In this document: positions 56,678-64,000 of the stretch, in pieces
How the letters are laid out: every line of letters begins with the position of its first letter
How positions within the stretch are numbered: the first letter of the stretch is position 1
NCBI GenBank assembly: GCA_964215955.1
Contig: CAXPDR010000029.1
Span: 1,073-65,072 of the forward strand
Length of the DNA: 64,000 nt
Source: Flavobacteriaceae bacterium
GTDB taxonomy: Bacteria; Bdellovibrionota; Bacteriovoracia; Bacteriovoracales; Bacteriovoracaceae
Direction: 5' to 3'
Made by a program: the position numbers and the translations under genes
Notes under the pieces: generated by a model
The model's input: the letters and a program-made list of their open reading frames with translations, nothing else
Databases searched by the model: none
Told to the model about the DNA's origin: nothing

Positions 56678-58723
56678 CTACTTCGCAACCTTAAGCCATA
56701 GCTTTCTAAAGCGGATGTCTTTCAAATAGTCTTCATCTTTAGTCGACCTAATCGACTGAATTATCCCTGGTAGTAGAGTTGTCATTTCTTTTTCAAATAA
56801 TGATTCCACTTCATTTCTAGCATCTTCACAAGTCATTCCTTTAGGCCCAAAACATGATTGAAAAATAAATGTCTTAATCATATTTTCAAGCTCTTTTTCA
56901 AGCTTTGAAATTTCAGTAATGAGTAGGTCTTGATTTTTAGGAATGTCATTTTCATTTTGTAGTTTATGGTTTGAATTCTGATATGAGCTATTTATTATAG
57001 TTGTAAAATTCGTTATATTTTGGGAAATAGAATCTGTGTCATATTGTCTGTGATCATAATGATCAGATTTATATTCTTCGTATTCTGCCACCATTTCTAA
57101 AAACTTCAAATCTGATTCATGAAGCTTATAGGCAGAAGTATGTAGGTCCTGCTCTTCAGATTGTTGATATAATACATCCATAACATGAGGAAGAGACTTT
57201 GCTAAAAAATTTCTTGATTTTAGATTCATATTATCAAATTCTTTGGCAATTTTTTGATTCTCATTTGAGTATTTTTCTTTAATGAGTTTAAGAATATGAT
57301 TTTCTAATTTGTCTTTCGCTCCAGCTTTATTTAAATGCGCCCACGCAAGTCTGTGGAGTGTGAGGCGACCTTGCAGATTCAAAAACTTCTGAATAGCAGC
57401 TTCATTAAAATTCTTATTTTTTAAGAAATCATTTAAAGAAGTCATACAGTTTTTTAATTCCAGGTTTACTTGAGCCTCTCTCGCTTCACCTTCAACCAAT
57501 TGACTTAAAGGCGTGGCCATAAGTGGATTTACTGTTTCATCACCTTGAAATTTATACTCAATTTGGTTATCTCCTAATGTAAGTTCACCTAATAAGTCTT
57601 CACCCATCTCTAAAGTAATAAATTCATTTGTTTCAAATCTTTGAGATCTATCTCCATCCTTAATGGTAAACTCATCAATTTGTTCTCCATTTTGATCTGT
57701 ATAGCTTTTGTGGTGAGTAATTTGAAGTTCTTTTCCACCTATGTTTAATTTTATAGTCTGATCCTCAAACTTTCCTGTATTTTCTCTCTCGTCATTTTTA
57801 TTTTTAGGCATTTGGAGTTCAGGGGAGATAACCAAGTTATCATCTTCAACTTGTGAGTTTTTTTGGGTGAGAGAGTTTTCAATTTCTGTTCCTGAGCTAT
57901 TTAAAGTTGAAAGATTAGTTTCATCAAATATGGTATTTTCATCTGGAGGATCAATACCTCTTTGATGTAGCTCAAACTCATCAGAATAATCTGTCATTTC
58001 AAAATCATCATTTGCTAAATCCTCAATAGGTCTTAAATACTTTTGTCTATAAGCTTCATCCGGTTCAACAAACTCAATTGAACTACCTTCAAGTATTTTT
58101 TCTGTAATTTCTTCTGGAGAAATGACAAGGCCATCAAATGTATTGTTGCCTAGGATATCAGCTGGTTTAGTAATAACCTCCTTAAGAGGAGATGAGAAAA
58201 TAGGAGTAGAGTGATCAATGTCTGCGTATTTAATGTTTGCGGAGACTTCAATTTCGTCTTCATTTGAGAAATCTAGGTCGTATTGGGTGCTGGCCTGTAG
58301 TTGTCTAAAGAGACCTTCCTTTGATTTTAATATTTCAGCTCTAAAATCATGCTCATTAAAACATTCAAGACTTTTACAATCACTATCTGGTTGTAACTGA
58401 AACGTCTTAGTGACTTTATAGGGTGTATCTTTAATTGGTATATCTAATGAAATTGTATAGCTTGGTTTACTAATGAGAGACTGATTTGAAATAAATGCTG
58501 AATCTCCACCACAGGATATTTCACTGCTATATGTATTTTCAAAATTTATATGACATGTGGTTTGATTTAGCTTTTTAGACTTCTGAATTAATATAGTTTC
58601 ATTTGATTCAAGTGATATGGGCTTTTTTAATTTGAAAATCTCGACGGTGGGTGAATCCGTGGCCGGTGCCGCCAACGTATTTAATTCAAATATAAATAAA
58701 ACTATTCCCAAAATAACTTTCAC
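56678..58723 (-). CDS. secreted acidic hypothetical protein
   Basis: 681-aa ORF with a GTG start and signal peptide (VILGIVLFIFELNTLAAPA). It is highly acidic (D/E-rich) with a helical C-terminal half. Confidence 0.5.
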   Translation of the reverse strand: MKVILGIVLFIFELNTLAAPATDSPTVEIFKLKKPISLESNETILIQKSKKLNQTTCHINFENTYSSEISCGGDSAFISNQSLISKPSYTISLDIPIKDTPYKVTKTFQLQPDSDCKSLECFNEHDFRAEILKSKEGLFRQLQASTQYDLDFSNEDEIEVSANIKYADIDHSTPIFSSPLKEVITKPADILGNNTFDGLVISPEEITEKILEGSSIEFVEPDEAYRQKYLRPIEDLANDDFEMTDYSDEFELHQRGIDPPDENTIFDETNLSTLNSSGTEIENSLTQKNSQVEDDNLVISPELQMPKNKNDERENTGKFEDQTIKLNIGGKELQITHHKSYTDQNGEQIDEFTIKDGDRSQRFETNEFITLEMGEDLLGELTLGDNQIEYKFQGDETVNPLMATPLSQLVEGEAREAQVNLELKNCMTSLNDFLKNKNFNEAAIQKFLNLQGRLTLHRLAWAHLNKAGAKDKLENHILKLIKEKYSNENQKIAKEFDNMNLKSRNFLAKSLPHVMDVLYQQSEEQDLHTSAYKLHESDLKFLEMVAEYEEYKSDHYDHRQYDTDSISQNITNFTTIINSSYQNSNHKLQNENDIPKNQDLLITEISKLEKELENMIKTFIFQSCFGPKGMTCEDARNEVESLFEKEMTTLLPGIIQSIRSTKDEDYLKDIRFRKLWLKVAK

Positions 58724-58973
58724 AGTAACCTATCGGAAATTTTATAAGAAAATTAAAATGATTTAATTAATTGCCATTTTTATTTGTCCTAAATAAATAG
58801 TGCTCGAGCTTGTAAGTCATTGAATTCTTTATGTCGAATAAGATGCCTAAATCTTAATATTAGATATGGAGTATCCTAAAGCTAGAAAAATTAACATAGT
58901 GTAAAACTTGACTTCAGTCGTACGTAGCCTCCAGAACAAGTTAATTGAGTATAATCTTAACAGAGGAAGATGT

Positions 58974-61961
58974 ATGAGACGTTTTTTAGATTATTTTACT
59001 ATTTTGATATCCTTTTTGTTTTCATTTCAAGATGCTTTTGCAAATACGGAAGTTGCTGTAAGTGTTAATGCAACAAGTGCGACATCGACAACAGCTAAAA
59101 AAGCTAAAAGAGGAAGTACTTATGAGTTAAGATTTTCTAAAAATCATTCGGCTTTATACGATGTTAATATTGCTGAAGATGGGATTTATGAAATTAGTGC
59201 AAATTATTCAAGTAAAAATTCTCTTCCTAAGGTTGAGTTAAGTTCAAATGCGAAAGTTATAGACCTTGATGGAAAATCTACAAAAGGTCATGGAAATTTT
59301 CAAACGAGCTTATTTAATCAAAATTTAACTTTAAGGAAGGGTGTGAATAAAATAAAAATAAGTTCTTTAGGCCAAAATTTTTATTTGAAGAAGTTTAAGA
59401 TATTAAAGATAAAAAATATTTCTGAGCATGATATAACTTCTCCAATTAAGGCTTGGGAATATTCTGAAAGTAATATGCCCGTAAATAAGGCCAAGAGAGG
59501 TTCTTCTTTTGAGGTTCGTTTTAAAAAAGGACAATCTCTAAAATATTCAGTTACTAATCCTTTAGAATCAAATACCTTTCGTTTAATGGTTTATTATTCT
59601 TCTAAAAAAGTGAATCCAAAGTTAACATTCAAACTTGGAGGAGAAAGCTATAGCTCAAGTGATTTAGTTTCAACAAATGGTCATGGATCTTATACTCAGA
59701 AAGTAGCATTAGCACATATCTCATTACCTAAAGGTAGTTCTGAATTAGAAATATTGAGTTTAAGTAATAATTTTTATTTGAAGCAGATTAAATTAAGTGA
59801 AACAGAACCTGTAGATGATTCAGATAAAAATATTCATTTACTACCAAGTTTTGTTAAATCTACTAAGTTTTCTTCAAGTAGTGAAGAAGTTTTAATCGGA
59901 AATAGAGGATCAAGTAAGGAGGTTAGGCTCAAGGTTGGTCAAACAATTCAGTATAAAGTTAAGGTTGATAAAAAACTGGATTTAGACCTTTTCTTTAATT
60001 ATTCGTCAGCCCGGACTACTCCAAAGCTCGATTTGCAAATTGATAATAGAGACTGGATTGATTTCTCTTTAGAAAATACTAAATCTCATGGAGACTATAA
60101 AACTAGAAAAATACCAAATATCATCAGTTTAGATCCAGGTACTTACACGTTAAAAGTTAAAGCAAAAACGAGAAACTTTTATTTCAAAGGAATCAACGCG
60201 AAGGAAAGTGTTACAAAAAAACTGAATAGAGTATATGGCGTGAATGTTGGTGGAGAGAGTTTTAGTGATTGGGTTAGTGATATCGGAAAAAATAATGAAG
60301 TTGTTGTTTTAGATAAAGCTAAAAATAAGAACTTTTTTATGTTCGGTAGTGCAGACGATAAAATAGTAAACAACATAAATAATGAATTTAATATTCATCC
60401 ATCTGTTCCAAATGATGTTGATTTAAATATTTATAATAGTTATAGAGGGGAAAGAATGGACCCAGAACATCATGTTCCTGGAATTCATTATAGTTTTGCT
60501 ATAAACTCAGAGTTATCTTATGTAAGGTTACATTTCATGTTAGAAGGTGATAGTAAAAAATTAGTTCTATTTTCAAACTCAAGCCTAAATCATGAGGAAA
60601 TTAATTTACCTGCGGTTTCAAATCCTACAGCATTTTCAATTGAAAAAGAAATTAAGAACCTAAGTGGGAATGAATTAAATATTGGTCTTTTGTCTAAAAA
60701 TTTAAAGGAAAGTTTTTCATTAGTTGGTATCGAATTACTTTCTAGCCAGGAGAGTTCTGACCATTCTAGTAATGAAATTCCTAAAATTTTTATTTCTCCA
60801 AATGGAGCTGGAAACAAGTCTGGTAGTTCTATTTCAAATGCAAAACCTTTTAAGTCTTTAAATTCAGCGATTAGTTCGCTTAGTTCAACAGGAGGAGAGA
60901 TTTTACTACTTTCTAATAAAGGAACTTATTCAATAAAATCAAGTATGAATATCACCAAGGGTGGTGAATCATCGGATAAAGTTGTCATAATTAAAACTTA
61001 CAGAGAGAATGATCATTCTACTAAAGCCTTGTTTCGAGGTACGAGAATAGCTCCTTGGGTAAATAAATCAAATTCTACCGGAAAAGAATTTATTAGATTA
61101 CTAAAAGGTGCAAATCATTTGAGTTTTGAAGATATTGCATTTGAAAATTTTGGTAATGGAATTTTTAGAATCGCTGATAGTATAGAAAATTTAACTCTTA
61201 GAAGAATTCGCGCAAAGAACTTTACCCGCTTAGTAGAAAATTATCATACTGGAAGTGCTAGTCATGCCAGTGTAAAAAAGTTAAATCTTGAAGATATTGA
61301 AGCATATGGATATACAAGAGGAGTGATTCGTTTAAAATATGCAGGAAAGGATATTAAGTTAAGCCGAGTATTAGGAGATTCTCAAGGTCAACTTGATGCA
61401 AAAGATTTTCCAATGGGAATAGCCTTAGACAATAATGTCTCTAATGTGGAAATTAGAAAATCATTGTTAAAAAATCATAGACAAAAAAAGAGCAGTAATT
61501 CCTCATATTTTAACGGCGATGGAATTGCTACCGAATCCAATGTAAGCTCTGTCCTAATTGAGGATACAATTTCTTCAGGAAACTCTGATGGTGGCTTTGA
61601 TTTAAAATCAACCCAAACAATTCTTAAAAGAACACTTGCGCAAAATAACAAAAGGAATTATCGATTCTGGAATGGAGCTGAACTTCAAAATGTTTTAAGT
61701 TTTAATCCTGAGAAGTTTGGAGGGTCTGGTAATAAAGTTCATTTTGGTGCTTATGGCTCAAGGGACTTTGAAATTAAAATCTTTGATATTGATGTTGTTG
61801 ATGAGTCTCCTAATGCTAGAGTGTTTAGTGTTGGCGAAAATAAAAAGTCTTCAATGACAATTGATGGGGGATTAATTTATATTAAAGGTAATCCAAATCT
61901 TACGGACTCACCTGGAAGAGTTAACATTAAAACATCCACAACAATTGAGATTGAAAATTAA
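58974..61961 (+). CDS. secreted multidomain glycan-binding/glycan-active protein: three CBM6/35-like modules, a malectin-like domain and a right-handed beta-helix
   Basis: ATG 58974 follows a GAGGAAG SD. Signal peptide ILISFLFSFQDAFA. Three modules of about 125 aa each end in NFYLKKFK / NFYLKQIK / NFYFKGIN. Malectin-like segment (YGVNVGGESFSDW...YVRLHFML). Beta-helix onset at IFISPNGAGNKSGSSISNAKPFKSLNSAI. Confidence 0.6.
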   Translation: MRRFLDYFTILISFLFSFQDAFANTEVAVSVNATSATSTTAKKAKRGSTYELRFSKNHSALYDVNIAEDGIYEISANYSSKNSLPKVELSSNAKVIDLDGKSTKGHGNFQTSLFNQNLTLRKGVNKIKISSLGQNFYLKKFKILKIKNISEHDITSPIKAWEYSESNMPVNKAKRGSSFEVRFKKGQSLKYSVTNPLESNTFRLMVYYSSKKVNPKLTFKLGGESYSSSDLVSTNGHGSYTQKVALAHISLPKGSSELEILSLSNNFYLKQIKLSETEPVDDSDKNIHLLPSFVKSTKFSSSSEEVLIGNRGSSKEVRLKVGQTIQYKVKVDKKLDLDLFFNYSSARTTPKLDLQIDNRDWIDFSLENTKSHGDYKTRKIPNIISLDPGTYTLKVKAKTRNFYFKGINAKESVTKKLNRVYGVNVGGESFSDWVSDIGKNNEVVVLDKAKNKNFFMFGSADDKIVNNINNEFNIHPSVPNDVDLNIYNSYRGERMDPEHHVPGIHYSFAINSELSYVRLHFMLEGDSKKLVLFSNSSLNHEEINLPAVSNPTAFSIEKEIKNLSGNELNIGLLSKNLKESFSLVGIELLSSQESSDHSSNEIPKIFISPNGAGNKSGSSISNAKPFKSLNSAISSLSSTGGEILLLSNKGTYSIKSSMNITKGGESSDKVVIIKTYRENDHSTKALFRGTRIAPWVNKSNSTGKEFIRLLKGANHLSFEDIAFENFGNGIFRIADSIENLTLRRIRAKNFTRLVENYHTGSASHASVKKLNLEDIEAYGYTRGVIRLKYAGKDIKLSRVLGDSQGQLDAKDFPMGIALDNNVSNVEIRKSLLKNHRQKKSSNSSYFNGDGIATESNVSSVLIEDTISSGNSDGGFDLKSTQTILKRTLAQNNKRNYRFWNGAELQNVLSFNPEKFGGSGNKVHFGAYGSRDFEIKIFDIDVVDESPNARVFSVGENKKSSMTIDGGLIYIKGNPNLTDSPGRVNIKTSTTIEIEN

Positions 61962-61972
61962 AAAAAAAATGT

Positions 61973-62008
61973 AAATAAAGACTTAGCTTTTTAGTTGAGT
62001 CTTTATTT
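61973..62008. terminator. bidirectional hairpin between the 58974-61961 gene and xth
   Basis: aaataaagact (61973-61983) and agtctttattt (61998-62008) form an 11-bp stem, with an A-run upstream. The right arm overlaps the xth stop codon. Confidence 0.45.
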
Positions 62009-62770
62009 TAAGATAAGTTTTATGGGACAGTGATCACTTCCTAGTACTTCTGGGAGGTGAATACAGTCTTTAATCTTAGTTTTTAGATTATTACTGGCCA
62101 TAAAGTAATCGATCCGCCAGCCAATATTTCTTTCTCTACAATTATTTCGATACGTCCACCAAGAATAAACACCTTCTTGTTCTGGATAAAATAATCGTAA
62201 GCAATCAATCATTCCAGCATCTAGGTAATGGTCAATCCATTCCCTTTCATGCTCTAGAAAACCTGTTGTTTTCTTATTTCCTTTTGGATTAGCTAAATCA
62301 ATTTCTTTATGAGCTGTATTGAAGTCTCCAGTAATAATGACTTTTTTACCTTCTGAAATATAGTGATTATACAATTCTAAGACTTTTTCATAGAAGTCTA
62401 GTTTATAGGGAACTCTTCCATGGTCTCTTTGTCCATTAGGAAAATAACAATTAAATAAAACGTAGTTTTTATATTCACAAATAAGTGTTCTTCCTTCTGA
62501 GTCAAATCTTTCTTCCCCTAAGCCCGTTAAAACTTTTAGTGGTTTTTCCTTTGAAAAGACCGCAACACCACTATATCCCTTCTTTTCAGCAGGGTTGATA
62601 TATTTATGGTAATCCTCTAACTCTAAAACTTCCGGGGGAAATTGTTCTTCTAATGCCTTTATTTCCTGCATACAAAGCACATCTGGGCTTTCTTCGTTTA
62701 TCCAATCTAAAAATCCTTTATTAACGCAGGCCCTAATTCCGTTGACGTTCCACGACACAAGTGTTTTCAA
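62003..62770 (-). CDS. xth: exodeoxyribonuclease III
   Basis: SWNVNGIRA, LCMQEIK, GDFNTAH and SDHCP motifs of the ExoIII/APE1 family. Confidence 0.9.
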   Translation of the reverse strand: MKTLVSWNVNGIRACVNKGFLDWINEESPDVLCMQEIKALEEQFPPEVLELEDYHKYINPAEKKGYSGVAVFSKEKPLKVLTGLGEERFDSEGRTLICEYKNYVLFNCYFPNGQRDHGRVPYKLDFYEKVLELYNHYISEGKKVIITGDFNTAHKEIDLANPKGNKKTTGFLEHEREWIDHYLDAGMIDCLRLFYPEQEGVYSWWTYRNNCRERNIGWRIDYFMASNNLKTKIKDCIHLPEVLGSDHCPIKLILK

Positions 62771-62901
62771 AATTTTCCTCTCATTTTTTTTTATCTAATT
62801 CTTTGGCAGTATAGTTGTATAGTTTTTTTCAAGATTGTTAAAGACATTCTGGAAAAAATGATTATTATAAGTAACACCCAATATTCGAAGTAGGAGATGT
62901 C

Positions 62902-63261
62902 ATGCGTTGTTTTAAGAACATTGCTAAGTTAATTCGCACAAAAAGATTACAGCACCCGAAGGCTTATTCACAATCAGAGCTTTCACATTTATTAGGGTAC
63001 AAAAACGGTCAGTTTATTAGCAATGTGGAAAGGGCTTTATGTAATATTCCATTAAAAATGTTAGTAAAAGTTTCAGAAGTTTTAGATATAAACCCAGAAG
63101 AGCTTAAAGCTGCAATTATTGAGGATCACCAAGAAACTCTTGATAATTATTTAAAGCTTGGACAAACAGCAGAGGTTAAAGAACTGCATTCAAATACTGA
63201 GTCAAAAACTCATACAGAATTCCAAGAATCTGCTAGTTTTAAAATGTCTTCGAATTCATAA
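62902..63261 (+). CDS. XRE-family helix-turn-helix transcriptional regulator
   Basis: HTH_3 pattern IRTKRLQHPKAYSQSELSHLLGYKNGQFISNVERA. It is divergent from xth. Confidence 0.65.
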   Translation: MRCFKNIAKLIRTKRLQHPKAYSQSELSHLLGYKNGQFISNVERALCNIPLKMLVKVSEVLDINPEELKAAIIEDHQETLDNYLKLGQTAEVKELHSNTESKTHTEFQESASFKMSSNS

Positions 63262-63290
63262 TTCTCTTTGGAAGTACATATATACAAAAA

Positions 63291-63320
63291 AGCCGGAACT
63301 TAATGCTCCGGCTTTTTTTA
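63291..63320. terminator. bidirectional intrinsic terminator
   Basis: aaaaa-AGCCGGA-acttaatgc-TCCGGCT-ttttttt, between convergent genes 62902-63261 (+) and 63343-63921 (-). Confidence 0.75.
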
Positions 63321-63342
63321 TTTTAAGCTTGTAAGTTAAATT

Positions 63343-63921
63343 TTATTGAGCAACTGGTGGAGATATACCCTTGTATTTATAATAATCATCCATGGTTCCC
63401 TCAGTTTCTTCTGAGTCGCTAGTCCACTCATGACCTTTTTGGCTTTCTAGAAGATGAGGATCTTCGAACTCACCGACAAAACTGACTTCGTCACCTTTAG
63501 GCTCAAGATTGTGCTCAGTGGTGTATTGTCTATCTGCTGGATAAGCATCAATTTTTCCTTTAAGAACTTCTTTTTGCCAGTCAAGTAATCCATTTTCAAA
63601 GGCTCTTAGATTTTTTAGTGCTTGCTGGTAATTTCTTTCAACTTTTTCTAGCTGCTTTTCCTTTCCTCTACCATAGACATCATTGAATTTTTTTCTGGCC
63701 ACTAAATATTGTTCCAAAAGATTGTCGTATTTTTGTAAAATTCGAGATGGAGTTAAGGTTTTTGGTCTTCTATTTTTATTTGCATAGCGTTTATTATTGT
63801 TATTAGACTTATTATTGCTATTGCTAGGACCTTTATTTCCTTGAGCGTTTTTATTATAACGTCTATTGTTATTTCTACGCCTTCTGTTATTGTTATTTTT
63901 GTTTTGAGGAGTATCACTCAT
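63343..63921 (-). CDS. hypothetical protein with Asn/Arg-rich basic N-terminal low-complexity region
   Basis: 192-aa ORF. The N-terminal ~55 aa are almost only N/R/K (NKNNNNRRRRNNNRRYNKN...), followed by a helical middle and an acidic C-terminus. A terminator follows the stop codon. Confidence 0.5.
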   Translation of the reverse strand: MSDTPQNKNNNNRRRRNNNRRYNKNAQGNKGPSNSNNKSNNNNKRYANKNRRPKTLTPSRILQKYDNLLEQYLVARKKFNDVYGRGKEKQLEKVERNYQQALKNLRAFENGLLDWQKEVLKGKIDAYPADRQYTTEHNLEPKGDEVSFVGEFEDPHLLESQKGHEWTSDSEETEGTMDDYYKYKGISPPVAQ

Positions 63922-64000
63922 GACACTTTGCTCCTTATTTCTATTAATGAACCTAAATAATATGATTCTTTATATTTGTTGTCTATGCAGAATCTCCTCA

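Noticed and set aside
1-64000. A search by eye for CRISPR arrays, rRNA or tRNA genes, integrases or transposases, toxin-antitoxin pairs and recognisable phage-defence genes.
   Set aside because: I found none. There are no regularly spaced direct repeats, no recombinase-like ORFs, and no nuclease, ATPase or methylase defence signatures beyond the housekeeping UvrD-type helicase and Xth.

Overview
Low-GC (about one-third G+C by eye) bacterial chromosomal window with 44 supported ORFs. I saw no rRNA, tRNA or CRISPR array.

Housekeeping and metabolic genes:
- a tightly coupled leucine-catabolism operon liuB-liuC-liuD-liuE plus a second crotonase (2.1-8.2 kb)
- a Prx5-Grx hybrid peroxidase next to an Lpd-like disulfide reductase
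- a UvrD/PcrA helicase, metG, uppP, cinA, typA/bipA, an NfeD-SPFH pair, guanine deaminase (guaD) and xth

Accessory genes are interleaved with these and encode secreted proteins or lipoproteins of unknown function:
- two inverted paralogous ~1,250-aa GLUG-repeat lipoproteins (15.5-19.2 kb and 36.7-40.6 kb)
- a 1,694-aa cysteine-rich lipoprotein
- a three-gene operon: 1,015-aa helical secreted protein, thermolysin-like metalloprotease lipoprotein, PepSY-like protein
- an FHA-RDD membrane protein coupled to uppP
- a degenerate-REC/cNMP-binding protein, LemA and an M48 peptidase in one operon
- a delta-60-repeat lipoprotein
- a pilin-like protein with a triplicated Cys-rich C-terminal module
- a protein with three CBM-like modules, a malectin-like domain and a beta-helix

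Main findings:
1. Four textbook FliA/sigma-28-type promoters (TAAA-N15/16-GCCGATAA) sit in front of non-flagellar surface or secreted genes. I read this as a candidate attack-phase surface regulon.
2. A previously unannotated MITE-like intergenic repeat with terminal inverted repeats occurs as two full inverted copies plus one partial terminator-like copy.
3. A perfect 15-bp hairpin sequesters the metG Shine-Dalgarno and start codon.

The gene content suggests a predatory Bdellovibrionota/Bacteriovoracaceae-like organism. That is inference only. All family calls rest on motifs read from the translations; no database search was run.
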